Source: Octopus sinensis
Lineage: Eukaryota
DNA length: 64,000 nucleotides
Assembly: GCF_006345805.1 (NCBI RefSeq)
Contig: NW_021832432.1
Span: 186,001 to 250,000, forward strand
Direction of reading: 5' to 3'
Shown here: positions 1-13,988 of the stretch, in pieces
Layout of the letters: every line of letters begins with the position of its first letter
How positions within the stretch are numbered: position 1 is the stretch's first letter
Made by a program: the position numbers and the translations under genes
Notes under the pieces: generated by a model
Database searches by the model: none
Told to the model about the DNA's origin: nothing
The model's input: only the letters and a program-made list of their open reading frames with translations

Positions 1-200
1 GGTGCTGAAAAGTTCCTTGCTTTGGGTAAAAGAAAATACAGGAGGATCTGTTAATTATGATTTTAAACAACATCCTCCCCTCTCAGATTCAGACACTTAT
101 TGCAGCAGTCCTCCAGTTTTTCTAAGCCTTGTAATATAAAAAGAACTTGGATGGTTGAGCCCGCAACCAGGCCATTCACGATACCCTTGAAGCCAGGAAC
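1..200 (-). mobile_element. Mariner-derived MITE, cut by the window edge
   Basis: Starts with the TIR core ggtgctgaaaagttcc and ends with ggaacttttc. The body is the reverse complement of the copy at 49219-49434. Confidence 0.8.
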
Positions 201-232
201 TTTTCATATATGCATAAATGTATATGTGTGTG

Positions 233-281
<49 letters not shown>

Positions 282-733
282 ATATGAAACTAAAGAGAGC
301 AAATGTAGAAACAAAAGTTGTAAAATGGCCAACGCCTGCTTCCTCTTCTGTTCAGCAGTAATAATCAGTAAATTAGTTGTTTTCTAATGTGTACCATATT
401 AGTATATCTGTATACATGTGTAGTTGAGTTGTTGTTTAGTGTCATGTCATCCATATTCAGGGACTCCAGTGACCAAACCAGTCGCACCGCAGCTGTGACG
501 ATTCTATTGCTTTTATTTTCCAGGGAATTAGCACTACACATTATCCAATGTGTCCCTCCTTGTTTTATGGTTATAGCTTGTAATTTGAGTGAAATTTGGT
601 TACTACTTCTAGCAGATTGAACAACCACTTAGAAGCTCATTCATTAGCTCATATTGTAATGGATGTGCTGAAAACAATATATATATATATTTTAAGGTCC
701 ATCTTCCATGCTGGCATGGGTTGGATATATGTA

Positions 734-772
<39 letters not shown>

Positions 773-899
773 TATATATAAGTAAAAATTTAGATTCAGA
801 AGAATATGGTACTTAAGTTTAATTTAGTATGGTATTATCCATACAATTTCAAAATAAAGTGATTAAAATCAAAATAAGCAACAAGGATATCCAGAGGTA

Positions 900-944
<45 letters not shown>

Positions 945-1024
945 GAAAAACCACTATTATGCAATTCAAACAATGATAGACATAAACCTATTATATATAT
1001 ATATATATATATATATGAAATGCG

Positions 1025-1190
1025 GAGTAGATAAAACAGGGGACAACTGATGAAAGGATTGGTCTTTATGTTGCCTGTCTTGTTTGTTTATTTGTTTCTT
1101 TCGTTGTTCGAAAAGAAGATCGTTTTCCATGTTTCCGTTTTTTTATGTTCTCATTTTTCCTTTTGTTCACATTTGTTTGACGTCCTGTCC
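1025..1190 (+). repeat. Interspersed repeat, possibly Penelope-related; second copy near 37961-38160
   Basis: Both copies share gagtag(a)taaaacagg(g/t)gacaactgatga. The class assignment is inference. Confidence 0.4.
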
Positions 1191-1240
1191 TCACATATGC
1201 ATGTCTATATACATATATATGTAGGTATGTACATGTATGT

Positions 1241-1249
1241 ATGTATATA

Positions 1250-1329
<80 letters not shown>

Positions 1330-1440
1330 CACACATATATATATTATTTATATTATTATATATATACACATATATATACACACATATATATATTATTTAT
1401 ATTATTATATATGTATGTGTGTGTGTGTGTGTGTATATAT
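1241..1440. repeat. Representative compound (TA)n/(CA)n microsatellite; dozens of TA, CA, GA, TATC, AAT and CAT tracts occur across the window
   Basis: Read directly; examples at 225-280, 11078-11215, 11915-11990, 39170-39230, 40035-40160, 58445-58510 and 62835-62890. Confidence 0.98.
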
Positions 1441-1754
1441 GTAGATATATAGTGGCCAAGTAATGAAGAATTATAATTGGTTTATTAAAAACATAGTAAA
1501 CTCGTGATGGACAATGTTCATTGAAGTTCATGAGTGTCATCTGTTTTCTAACTCCATCTGTACTATTCAGAAATGTATTGAAAACTGTTTCACTTTGATA
1601 GTCAGACACAGCAGATATTCACTGCTATTGTTGCATCTAATTTATGTTAATAGAGATAAATAGTTCTTGTAATTCTACAAACTGAATTAACTTTTAACCC
1701 CTTTTAACATCTGTAATTCAGATACTAAGGTATTTAGATGTTGTTTAACTTTTA

Positions 1755-2175
1755 TCTTTTATGTGTATAGGTCGTTGGACTACAGCCATGCTGGAGCACT
1801 GCCATGAAAAGTTTAATCAAACGAACGAAATCCAGTACTTGTATTTTTTACAGTCTGGTACTTATTCTCTCAATCCTCCTTTTTTTTGTTGAACTGCTAA
1901 GTTATGGGGATGTAAGCAAATCAACACCTGTTGTCAATTAGTGTCAACTGTGTGTGGGACAGATACAAAGACACATACACACATATCCATATTTATCTGT
2001 GTGTGTGTGTATGACTGATGGACTGCGCATAGTTTCTGTCTACTAAATTCATTGACAAACCATTGGTAGACCCAGGGCTGTAATCACAGGCACTTGCCCA
2101 AGATGCTGTGCAGTGGAATTGAACCTGAAACCACACAGTTGTAAAGCGAGCTTCTTAACCACACTGCCATGACTG
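1755..2175 (-). mobile_element. tRNA-derived CORE-type SINE (family A), diverged
   Basis: Matches the recurring family A body (ctaagttatgggga; ggcacttgcccaag; gaattgaacctg). Confidence 0.75.
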
Positions 2176-2319
2176 TGTGCCTATTCTTATTTAACGGATG
2201 ATGATATATAATTTGATCAGCACTTTCTTCCTGATGAATATATAAAAATAAAATATATCAACAAAGCTAGATATGGTCAAAACTATTGTCTTTTGGTCCC
2301 TGAGTACCATTAGCAGATT

Positions 2320-2618
2320 CTACTTTTTGTTAGCATTCTGAGCAGGTCCATGGTCAGAGTATGACTCATAACTTCCTGTGTGCTTGGTTGAAGCTTGTGA
2401 AAAAATAACTGACTCTAGGGTGCCTTTAACAGAGTTCTTCTGTGTTTGCGAGTATATAGGTTTACTGTCTGAAGACGAATCCAGCCTGAGGGTAATTCCA
2501 TATCTTGATGTGCTTCTTACTACTGCATTAACCTGTGTGTTGTGAATTCTTCCACTCTTTTCCTCTCTCCAATCTTGAAGACCTCTACAAAGGTCATGGA
2601 CACTACCCACCCGCTCCT
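2320..2618 (-). CDS. Candidate terminal coding exon of an unidentified protein (ERVGSVHDLCRGLQDWREEK...ANKK*)
   Basis: 99 codons without a stop in non-repetitive sequence, within the 147-aa ORF 2320-2763. A (ttg)n-rich tract followed by ggcttag gives a phase-1 acceptor. No recognisable domain. Confidence 0.35.
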
Positions 2619-3927
2619 CTAAGCCATTACACAAAACAACAACAACAACAACAAAATGCCCATATGAAAAGAAATTAGTACAGTTGTTAATAGTAACAAG
2701 ATTTAGGTGGTTTAAATGATAAAAGATAACAGACGTAAATATTTCAAATACTGTTGATAACACTGTTTTAGTAAATATAAGGAATGCTTTTAATGTTTCT
2801 ATTACTTAATCTGAGAACAGGTTTTGGCTTATAGCTTTGATTCAGTCTTAGCACATTGAATCGAAAACATCAACTGAGCAAGGTTAAGGCTTAATTTGAA
2901 TTTATTAGCTACATGGTTTCGGGTTCAGTCCCACTGCGTGGCACTTTGGGTGGGTGTCTTCCACTATATCCCCAAGCTGACCGGAGCTTTGTGATTGAAT
3001 TCGGTAGGTGGAAGTTACTGCCGTGTGTGTATGTGTGCGTATAGCTGCTCAGTGCCTCTCCGAAAGAGAGAGAGGGGATAGGTTAGTTGTTGTAGTGTAA
3101 AATATGGATTGTGAGAGGGAGTTCTTTAGTTTAGTTCCGAGGGAAAAATGTTTTGCACATGTGGTCAAGGAGGATGAGATGGGACAGAGATCTATATAAA
3201 GGTGTTAGCTGTATTGTTATTGAGAAAACTACAGTTGCTAAGTACTGTTAATTGAGAGGTTTACTTACTAGAAAGACAGTTTTATTCAATTTTCATGTAT
3301 CACTGCTATTATTAGCAGTGTGTTTCCATCTCTCAGTTTGTCTGTCTCTTGGTTTTATTACTTTCTTTTTGAATTTGAATTTTGTGGAAATAACTGGCAG
3401 ATTGTTTAGTTAGCTGAGCTTTGCTACTTTCACTATATTTATATTTTGTGGAAACAGCAACAGCTTATTTAGTTGGTTTCCTGGTTAGAAATGTATGACA
3501 TTTAATGTCTCTGTATAAATTGCATATTATATGTCATCATCATCATCATCATCACATCTGCTTTTCTATGCTCATATAGAAAAGTAGGTGTTAAATTTAA
3601 TAAGGCCGATTTCTTAGAATTGGATATGCTGCTTGTCACCAACCATCATTTGTTTCCAAGCGATTTAATGTTTATTCCTAGTTCTTCAAATGTGGACAGC
3701 ATAATGGCTGGGCATGTTTTTATGGAAGATTGCCGACAAACAACAATGATGGTAGTGTTTGCTTACAACTGTTGTGCAATGTTAAGACAAAGAAACTAAT
3801 TTCATAAAGAATCTGGTAGAATTCTGAATACTTCTAATCATGTGTTGCCTTGGCATGGGCCTGTATTTGTCAATGAAGTCTTAAGGGGACATTGTTGCAA
3901 TTTTCAGCATAGTTTGACCATCTAAAC

Positions 3928-4047
3928 CTGGTGGAGCCCTGTACTTAATATGTTTGACCATAGCTGAATTCTTCCAGAGAGAAAGACTCTTTGTGAAAGA
4001 GAAAGAAAGAGAATTGATTCTTGTACTAGACTGATACTTTATCACCC
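3928..4047 (-). CDS. Weak candidate internal exon, 120 nt, phase 1-1
   Basis: Strong acceptor (tttgtctttcatttctttgatacag) and an open frame GVIKYQ...RAPP, but a weak donor (CAG|gtttag). Confidence 0.2.
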
Positions 4048-4934
4048 CTGTATCAAAGAAATGAAAGACAAAGCATATCAACAGATCATTGTAAACTCTC
4101 TACTTCATATTCATAAAGCATTTTACCACTCTTGCTCTTGTTTACATCTCCGGTTCGCATCACTTTTTAATATCTACTTAAAGACATCTGGAGTGGTCTG
4201 TTCACAGCTAAGTGTTTTAACCTTTGTGACAAATCCATTTGCGGTTACCTCTGATTCTATGCTACAAATCTTCTCCTTTTAAAATGTTTGCTGTTAAATC
4301 AAAACCTACATTCATATTTCTATGTAAGATGCCTATGTTTGTTGCAAACACCAGCACAATAATAACAAAAGTTAGTTATTTTCCAAAATTCTTTGAAATT
4401 TTTACATTGGTTTCAAGACAATTTCAAGAACACACTAGTAATGAATCTTAGTTAGAAATATTGTCTTGAAAAAAACTTAATAATGACTACAGTGAATTAC
4501 TAGCGATAACTTACAAACCATGGCTGATTGAATGAATGAGAGAGGCCACTATATGGTTGTTTGACTTGTCAGAAATAACAGCAATCTCTCTCAGATCAAA
4601 TCCTTTAAAGGAAGAATACATTGAATAATGTAGCCATAAACATACTCCTAAACAAGATGGGGCAGTCATAGTTGGAATGTTTTCGATTGTTGGCCTGTTT
4701 GATCAGGATTGATTTGGCAATAAACATCAACAATGTTTGGCTGATTGTTGCATCCTATCTATCTATCGATTCTGCCATCTATGAGTCACATTAGCTGTTT
4801 TACTCAATTATTCTATTATCTTTATCTTCCAATCACTATGGCTTTGAAAAGCTATTGATATGTCCCTTCGGAGTAAACTATAATGCTCCCCAAAAGAGAC
4901 CCCTAAAATAAAAATTTTAAGTTTTTAGCTTAGA

Positions 4935-5350
4935 GGCACAAGCATGGCTGTGTGGTTAGGAAGATCCTTTTGCAACCATGTGGTTTTGGATTCAGTCCCA
5001 CTGTATGGTACCTTGGACAAGTGTTGTCTACTATAGCTTCAGGCAACAAATGCCTTGTGAATTAATGTGGTAGATGGAAATTGTGTGGAAGCCCTATCTA
5101 TCTATCTGTCTGTCTGTCTGTCTATCTATCTATGCACACACACACTCATGTATATGTGTGTCTTTGTGTCTGTATCGTCCATTGCTTGACGACTGGTGTT
5201 GGTTTGTTTATGTCCCTGTAACTTAGCAGTTCATCAAAAGTGACATGCAGGATAAGTGTAACTCCTGGGCCCAATTTGTTCAACTAAAAACCCTTGAAGG
5301 CGATGCACCAGCATGGCCACAGTCCAATGACTGAAACAAGTAAATGATAA
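4935..5350 (+). mobile_element. Family A CORE-type SINE
   Basis: Head gcatggctgtgtggttagg...ggattcagtcc, core ccttggacaagtgt, tail ccagcatggccacagtccaatgactgaaacaagtaaa. Confidence 0.8.
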
Positions 5351-5430
5351 AAGCAGATAAAAATTTATGATTTCTCTTGTGTGCATACTGTGTTAATAAC
5401 AACATTCATCATCATCATTATCATCATACA

Positions 5431-5808
5431 GATGCAGGCGTGGCCGTGTGGCAAGGAGTTTGCTTCTCAGCCACATGGTTCTGGGTTCAATCCCACTTTG
5501 TGGCACCTTGGGCAAATGTCATCTGCCATAGCCTCAGGCTGACCAAAGATTTGTGAGTGGATTTGGTAGACAGAAACTGAAAGGAGCCTGTCATATATAT
5601 ATATATCTGTGGGTGTCTTTGCATCTGTATTTCTCCCCCACCACCACTTGATGCTGGTGTGTCTATGTCACTGTAACTTAGCGGTTCAGCAAAAGAGCCT
5701 GATAGAATAAGTACCAGGCTTAAAAATATAAAGAAGTACATTCAACTAAAAGGTGGTGCCTCAGCATGGCCGTAGTCTAATGACTGAAACAAATAAGAGA
5801 TAAAAGAT
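5431..5808 (+). mobile_element. Family A CORE-type SINE
   Basis: A box ggccgtgtggcaag, B box gggttcaatccc, core ggcaccttgggcaaatgtc, and the family tail. Confidence 0.85.
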
Positions 5809-6216
5809 ACATTTTATGTATGCCTTTCCATGCTGGCGTGGCTTGGATGGATTTTCTGAGATCTGAGTGTTTTTTTACGGTTGGATGCACTTTCTGTTGC
5901 CAACCATTTTCATTGCTTCTTACAACATGCAGCAAAGCAGTGTACCTATTTTAAAACTGTAACACACCTGGTAATGTACTATTAACAGCATTGTTATATA
6001 CTATATTTATATACTTTATAATATAATTTACATAACGTAATAATATCCTTCTTTAGTGGCCCACATAACTAAGTTGCTTAAGTAGTTATTATTAAGTGTT
6101 GTCATTGAACCTTAGGTGCCTCATTATTTAGCAGGCCTATGATCAAAGTTATTCAGCTTTGCCTATTCTATGTTATATATTTATATATAAGCCAATGTTA
6201 GCCTCCTTTTTTTTAA

Positions 6217-6435
6217 CCATGTTGCTATCATATTTCTTCTGAAATACACTGCCTTTGTTTCAAATAATTTTGAAAGTAAAGAATTTATTAAAACAACTTT
6301 GTTCCTATTAAGCTGGTGTTTGGAACATAGATTTGCATGGAATTCTAATAGAAGGTTTTGGTTTAGAGCATTTTAAAACAAGCAGTTTGTATCATAGATC
6401 CAAGGGAAGTTTCGGGTAGTTAGGTATCTAAAGGG
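6217..6435. mobile_element. Decayed piggyBac-like (TTAA) MITE; partial reverse copy near 16950-17115
   Basis: ttaa|cc... and ...aaaggg|ttga ends. The interior is the reverse complement of 16950-17115. Confidence 0.55.
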
Positions 6436-7554
6436 TTGATGCTATTTAAAAATTTGGTTATTTCTAGCAGGTCAAAAGGACCAAGTAAAAGCTCCCTTGA
6501 GGCATGAAGTTGCTAAATTAACTAACTATATATATAACATGCCTTTCAACATATGCCCTCTACCGTATAACCTTTTCTAGCAACATATGATGTAGGTTGG
6601 TTATGGTATGTGTTTATATTTCAGGTATATAATGCCTAAGGATCATAGGATTATAACCTTTAGGTTGGCATGTAGTTATTTATGTTATTATTATTTTTTT
6701 TTCATTTTGTATCACAATTTGGGAACAACAGCAGCATTGGTTACAGGTTTGCAATGGGCTAATTGCTGGTTCACTGCATTTCTGATGGTGTGATGGTGAG
6801 AGTATAAAGGTTGTATATGTATAACGTGAGCAGGACGAATAGCTAAAAGGACTCCATTCATAGAAGAACATTTTTCTCAGTTTTCTTGATAATGTTTGTA
6901 CTCTACACTGATATCCATTGCTGAAGGATATTCACACAAACACACACTAATTTTATATATATATATATAAAATCGTTGTTTCGCAACTGTTTTCTCTCAT
7001 CTTCCTCTATCAACTGCATAATTATCATTACCATGCTGCACTTTACTCTTTCTGTACTGCCAGCCATCACCTCCTCATCCTTTGCACCAACTCCGATTTA
7101 CCATCAACCAACCCTCCACTTTAGTTCATTGCATTCACCGCCATCATCTACTTCCAGCTCTAGCCATCTCCCACTTTTCCCAAACACTTTTGCAGTGAGT
7201 CCTCAATAGAGTTTTTATGTGGTTGCTTGATCTGCTAAAAACAACTACCAAATCTTCCTCAAATCACACCCTGCTATCTTAAAAACAAATAAAAAAGGAC
7301 ATGTTGTTCAGTGTAACTCTGGGCTCATTTGAACCTTGTAGAACTGTAATTAGAACAAACCTCAGCAAGCTCAGTGAAATTAATTTCCATTTCAATTTTT
7401 GTTTTTCAGTGGGTTATACAGGGTAAGCAAATTGCTTATAATGTTTTTTTTTTTCATTCATAAATTTTGTTGATAGAAGCCCGAAAGATTATCCACCATC
7501 TCTCCAACAACAACTTTGGCCACTTTTCTTAATTCGGTATCTCTATCAAAAAAC

Positions 7555-7880
7555 AGCATAGTACCGATAACTTTCAGAGACATTTTTCCTGCTCAGAACT
7601 GTTGAAGCATGGAATAAGCTACCCACACTACCTGCTTCAGTTGCTAGTACCCTTCAAAAATTCCATGCTCTCTGAAATTTGTCACCACTACTGCTGATAT
7701 GTCTGTGCGCTTTTACCGTTTTAGGACTCTTTCACTGTTCCTTTACCTGTCTTTATTCTGTGTACTGCGCATGCACTTTTGACCATTATTGCTGTCTTTC
7801 TTTACTTAACTTATTGCTGCTTTCTGTCCACTCTTCTACACCTTTTCCATTGAGATGTAGTGCACCCGGTTATATTATAC
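7555..7880 (+). mobile_element. Decayed 3' end of a CR1/L2-group LINE
   Basis: Encodes RHF..LRTVEAWNKLP, the same motif as 43445-43590. Confidence 0.6.
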
Positions 7881-8259
7881 AATAAGACTATTATCCATTT
7901 GGAAAGGAAAGTAATGTTGGAGAGGGACCTGCTGCCCTTCCCCGACAGTAAATTTGGTAAAATGGTTAGTGAATGTTGCTTGAATGACAAATGAATGAAC
8001 CTACTCTAAGCATATGTCTGTTGGCTGAAAATTACAAAGGAGAGAGGAACACTCGCCATGGTGCTTCCAGTGAGCAGAGTGGTTTATGATCTGTAGAGTT
8101 CCTTGGTTACCCTAGCCTAGAAGTCCTGTATCAGGAGAATCACATTATCATTCCTTCATTTATCTTTTTTTTTTACCTTTTCCACTTATGCCTTATATAT
8201 GATCTATACTTGCATGCATTACTTTTGTTAATGCTATATGCCATGTATATATATGTATA

Positions 8260-8306
<47 letters not shown>

Positions 8307-9971
8307 TCATATTCCATTCTATGTAAATCCTCACAATTTATATATGTCTTTGTATCATCCCCTCCTCATCATTTGTCCTAGTGGTAAGTAAACAAAATAT
8401 TCATCATCATCATCATCATCCTCATCAACATCATCAACCACCACCATCATGATCATGATCATCATACATTTGCGCTGCATGGGGTGGATGGATCGATAAA
8501 GATCCAATCAGTCGGGGACTGCATTGTACTCATATTTTACCTTTAACTCACTGACATAATGAGTAATTTTATGAATATTGGTACTTTGGAATATCCATAA
8601 CACTAACCACACTAACAAGAAAATAAAACAATAAGTAATTTGATCAAGAAAAGTCGTTATATGGCATATACGAAAAAGACAGGATGGTTATGGCTGGAAT
8701 GGTTTTGATCAGTTGCCTGCTTCATCTAGGCTAACCTGGGGCTAAACAATAACATGTCCAATTCATAAAGCAAATGAGGAAGAGCTTTATATCTTCATTT
8801 AATTTGCTAGAAATTGAAGCAAAATCTTAGTCAGATCTCACTGTACCATCTTAAATCAAGAAAGACATTGGGCAATATAGTGGTAGATATGGTATGTTTG
8901 AGATCCTGAAATGGGATGATCGTGGATGGAATGTCTCTGATCAGATGTTTGCTCAATCAGAGCAGATCTGAGGCTGTGCAGTAACATATCCAACTCATAC
9001 TAGCATGGATAAAAGTTGCCTAAAAAAATGAAATACAATTTTAAATAATTAAATCATTTATTGATTATTAAATATTAAATCTCAGCTGCATGGCAAACTC
9101 TGACTCAATTAGTTTTCATTTTCATTAAACTCATTAATTTCAATCAGTTTACATTTAGCCAGAGAGACCATTCTGACATCTTTGGCAATGCTTCTCTTGA
9201 CTTTCTTGTATTCTTAGTTATCTCTCATCAACTCTGTATCTTAAAATATTATATCGTAGAGAATAATCAAATAAGGAAATTAAGTTCTTACTAAAAGCTA
9301 ACATTATTTATTTGTATATTTTACAATTATATTTTTATATCCGCTGAGAAAACGGATTTCTCTGCAGCATATATTTAGAACTTTGAGCTAACAGAAAGTC
9401 CGATATGGCTGCCACTTAGTCTGAACAGAGAACACTCACAACTTCTGTACAAAATGATAACAATCAGGTGTTGGCTGTTATTCAAGGTTGTCAGTTGCAA
9501 TAGAGGTTATATCTATTTGTAGCCTGATGTTTTTTTTTTTAATTTTCTTGCTGAGGAACTGAAAAGCTCCCTCCTTGTTTAATGTGAGCTACTTACAACT
9601 TAACCATTCATACCTGTTCAGTAAGCCATGCAATTTTCCTCAGGACAAGAGAGAGAGAGTCTAGTACTTGGTGCAATTAGCTTTTACATATTTTGCCTTT
9701 GTATGAATGCACTTATGTAACTTGATTTAAAACAAAATAGGTGAACACAATACACTTCTGTTTTATCATCTAGTTTCAAGTATTAGTTTGTGTTGGTTTT
9801 TTTTCACTATGTCAGTTTATACAACAGATTTTCTTTGTTGAAGGAGTTGAATAAACACACAAAATATCAAAATTTGCATGAGTCCCCAGAAGAGATATAT
9901 ACTCAGAGACATATGCAACATCACAGAACACAACTACAAGATTCAAAAAGCATTATCATTCTCATTTGGGT

Positions 9972-10021
<50 letters not shown>

Positions 10022-10027
<6 letters not shown>

Positions 10028-10310
10028 CATCATCATTTGATGTCCGTTTTCCATGCTAGCATGGGTTGGACGGTTTTGACTGAGGCCTGGCAACCAGATG
10101 GCTGCACCAGGCTCAATGCTTGATCTGGCAGAGTTTCTACAGCTGGATGCCCTTCCTAACGCCAACCACTCCGAGAGTGTAGTGGGTGCTTTTTACATGC
10201 AACCTGCACGGGGGCCAGTCAGGCAGTACTGGCAATGACCTTGCTCGAATCTTTTTACACATGCCACTGACACAGGTGCCAGTGAAGTGACGTTGGTAAC
10301 GATCACAGTT
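10022..10310 (-). mobile_element. Family C SINE-like element with a (GAT)n tail
   Basis: Contains the reverse complement of ttggcgttaggaagggcatccagctgtagaaa and has a (CAT)n run at the left end. Confidence 0.85.
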
Positions 10311-11075
10311 ATTTAAAACAGTTTGATTTGGCTTCATGCATCTCAGTTAAAAATTTTGCAGGCTTATTACAGAAACCTAGCTCATTCAGGTTCAATTAAC
10401 CAAATTTGAAGTTGCATGGAGATGAATCAAACTGTTTTATATATCAGTATATATGTAATTCCTACTGAAAGTGTTGAGTGTCTCTGTCTTTCGCTTGTCC
10501 ACCCTTTCAGAAATAGCTGCTACGTCAAAAGAAGAGCAATTATTGCATTTAGATTGAGTCCATCTATACTGTCTCTGCTGAACCTGTGGCCTTTAGAAAT
10601 AGATAAGGCAGTCAAGGAGTGCTGGTACTACACTGCAACCTATACAATTCATCATTGCATGTTGGATTGTGCAGTATGGCTCTTAGTTTGGCAGAAGCTG
10701 GAAAAAAAAAACAGGTCTGTGGACCATGCCTAATCATTTGGTTGACTGACTGCCATAAGTTCACTCAATCAGATCTGTTCTCAGCGAGGAAAACTCCAGA
10801 TATTTTACACCTGAACGGACATCATATAAAACAATTAAGTTACTACTTTGTTATGAAGTAGTTAATCTCAATTTAACCAATATCTCATAATACATAAACA
10901 GAATTCATATAACGATTGGCTTGTAAACAACAGAATATATTGCATTATATATCCTGTGGCAAAATAAAAATTACAATAATTCACAAGAAGAGTGTGTAAA
11001 TAGGAAAACTTTTAGTGTAGCCATGTTAGGAACACAGCAACATATATTGTTTTTCATCAGTTAGATATGCTAGTT

Positions 11076-11163
<88 letters not shown>

Positions 11164-11467
11164 CATCCATCCATCCATACATACATACATACATACATAC
11201 ATACATACATTGTATGTATGTATGCATGAATGATGTCTGTTGCAATCATGTGTGCATGAATGAATATAGTTGGTGATTCTGTTAGAAATAGAAGAAACTT
11301 TGATGAAAGTACAGTATTCAGTATATCAAGTAAAGAGCATATTAATTTATTTAATCACGAATGACTCTTACTGGATTAGTTTTATCGCATTCATGGAGAA
11401 TTGCCAGTGTGTGTGTGTGTGTGTGTGTGTAAACAAACAAATATAGCATCATCATCATCACCATCAT

Positions 11468-11931
11468 CAAGATGGTAGGCTGGCAGAATCATTAGCACGC
11501 TGGATGAAACGATGCAAAGCATTTCATCTGTCTCTATGTTCTGAGTTCAAATTCCATCAAGATCAGCTTTGTCTTTTATCCTTTGTGGGTCGATAAAATA
11601 AGTACCAATTGATCACTGGGGTCGATGCAGTCAACTTACTCCCTCCCCTCAAATTACTTTCTTTATACCAAAATTTGGAACCATTATTGTATTCTTTAAG
11701 GCAGCAAGCTGGCAGAATCGTCTATACACCAAAGAAAATGCTCAGTGGCATCTCTACCACCTTTACATTCTGAGTTCAAATTCTTCTGAAGTTGACTTTG
11801 CCTTTCGTCCTCTCAGGCATGATATATATGTACCAGTCAAATACTAGGGCTGATGTAATTGACTATCCCCCATAACCCCAAAATTTCAAGCCTTGCACCT
11901 ATAGTAGAAGGAATTATTATTATTATTATTA

Positions 11932-11977
<46 letters not shown>

Positions 11978-12235
11978 CATTATTATTATTATGTGTTTTT
12001 TTAAGGCGGTGAGCTGGCAGAATTGTTAGTATGCCGGGCAAAATGCTCAGTGACATTTCATTCATCTTTACTACACTGTGAGTTCAAATTCCACTGTGGT
12101 CAGCTTTGCCTTTCATCCTTTCGGGGTTGATAAATTAAGTACCTGTCAAACACTGAGGTCGATTTAATAGACTCATCCCCTCTCCTGAAATTTCAGGCCT
12201 TGTACTTTTAGTAGAAAAGGTTATTATTATCATTA
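11468..12235 (+). mobile_element. Three head-to-tail copies of family B (tRNA head plus Deu/Nin-like domain) SINE
   Basis: Copies start near 11468, 11697 and 12002. Each has gctggcagaat...gagttcaaattc...gcctttcatcc...agtacc and an (ATT)n-type tail. The domain name is from recall. Confidence 0.8.
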
Positions 12236-13060
12236 TTGTTCTGTAAAAGAGATATCAAGCTATGAAATGTACCAGAATTTATTGCTATATAATTTAAAAT
12301 CTGCCATTGATTATTTTATCAGTTATAAAATAATTCCCACAACACTTTGAAGCTTATTACAAAATGTGCAGACTGTATATCATTACAACAGTATTATTTT
12401 GGAATGAGGTTGTGAAGGTCTCAAAATGTCAGACTAATGAATTCAGGAATATTTCAGGAATTATTAAATAATTATGCTCTCTATATTATATATAATACAT
12501 AATCTCTATGATAATATAATCATTAAATGTTTTGTGTTTGTTCAGCTTATTAGCTTAGTTCCAATAAATAGTGCTATTTTGGTTATTTGTTCAATTTAAT
12601 TGATTGTATGCTAAACATCATTCAAATTCCCTGCTGTATCTAAGTATGCTATTAATATCCTATATTATGACAATGTAAACAAGAAAGAAATGGCAAACAT
12701 GACACAATCCAGGTGAAAATGCTTTCATGTGTATAGCTGTCAACTTCAGTAGCTGGTCACTCTGTTGGGTTTACTTGGGATGCTCATCCCTTTCTCCTTC
12801 ATACTTATTCTCCTTGTTCATCAACCTCTTGCATGCTTTTTCCTTTTTTGGTGTAATCTTTTATTTTTTTACTTGTTTCAGTTATTGAACTGCAGCCTTA
12901 TTAGGGCACTGTCTTGAAGGGTTTAGTCAGACAAATTGACCCCCAGTACCTATTTTTTTTCACTTTCTTCTGTTGAACTGCTAAGTTATGTGAGTGTAAA
13001 CAACCCAATACTGTGACAAACACACACACACATTTATATATACACACACAATGGTCTTTC

Positions 13061-13289
13061 TTATTTCTTTATTGCCCACAAGGGGCTAAACATAAAGTGG
13101 ACAAACAAGGACAGACAAAGGGATTAAGTCGATTACATCGGCCCCAGTGCGTAACTGGTACTTAATTTTTTGATCCTGAAAGGATGAAAGGCAAAGTCGA
13201 CCTCAGCAGAATTTGAACTTAGGACATAACGGCAGACGAATACCGATAAGCATTTTACCTGGCATGCTAATGATTCTGCCAGCTCGCCA
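13061..13289 (-). mobile_element. Family B SINE nested in a family A SINE (about 12865-13440)
   Basis: Near-consensus family B sequence; family A sequence resumes on both sides. Confidence 0.8.
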
Positions 13290-13571
13290 TCTTTCACCTA
13301 CCAAATTCACTCACAAAGCATTTGCTGGCTCAAGAACTATTGTAGAAGGCACTTTGTCCAAGGTGTTGCAAAGATGGACAGAACCCAAAATCATAAGGTT
13401 ACAAAGTGAGGTTCTTAACCATACAGCCCAAACCCCACCATACATTTTTCAATGCATTGGCATACTGCTTTGTAATCTAGTGCACTTCATACATCTGTTC
13501 TTGTCTGGGTGTAAAACACTGGCAAACTCCTTGCCTTTAGTTTTTCACTTCGGTTAAGTATATCTGATCTC

Positions 13572-13988
13572 GGATCTTTTCAGTTTGAACGGCAGTTTTT
13601 TCTAGCGGTGTCATATGAAATTGTCACCCATAATTATGACCCTAGAATTGATCTATTGCATTTCAAACTCTTTTAGGCTTAGGGTTAGGGGTGGGGGAAG
13701 GGTATCTTTTTTTCTTCAGAAATGTAAATAAACCCAATCTGTTTCTTAAACGAGGGACATATTCATACGACACAGAATGCTTTTTAACTCAATAGACATC
13801 ACTGATTGGTTGAAATTGCAGAAATTGAAGAAAAAAAACAACAAATATCTTACAAACCATAGAATTTTCTCAATAAAGCCAAGAGAAAAAGATGTTTTAT
13901 TAAACACATTCTACCAGTATACGGAGTTTAAAATTTTTTAGTTAACTAGAAATTATGTTAAAAACCGCCGTTCAAACCGAAAAGATCC
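13572..13988. mobile_element. 417-bp MITE with GG-terminal TIRs and an 8-bp TSD (Merlin-like; hAT or P not excluded)
   Basis: TIRs ggatcttttcagtttgaacggcagttttt and aaaaaccgccgttcaaaccgaaaagatcc. The sequence ctgatctc is duplicated at 13564-13571 and 13989-13996. Confidence 0.85.

Noticed and set aside
1035-1080. CTGATGA within a stem as a hammerhead (also 37970-38020)
   Set aside because: No properly placed GAAA, stem II or stem III.
97-1463. ORFs rich in YI, HT, CV, LS and II repeats here and throughout the window, up to 155 aa
   Set aside because: They are translations of stop-free microsatellites or SINE bodies.
13674-13692. ttagggttagggg as a telomeric remnant
   Set aside because: Only about two units, and they are internal to a MITE.
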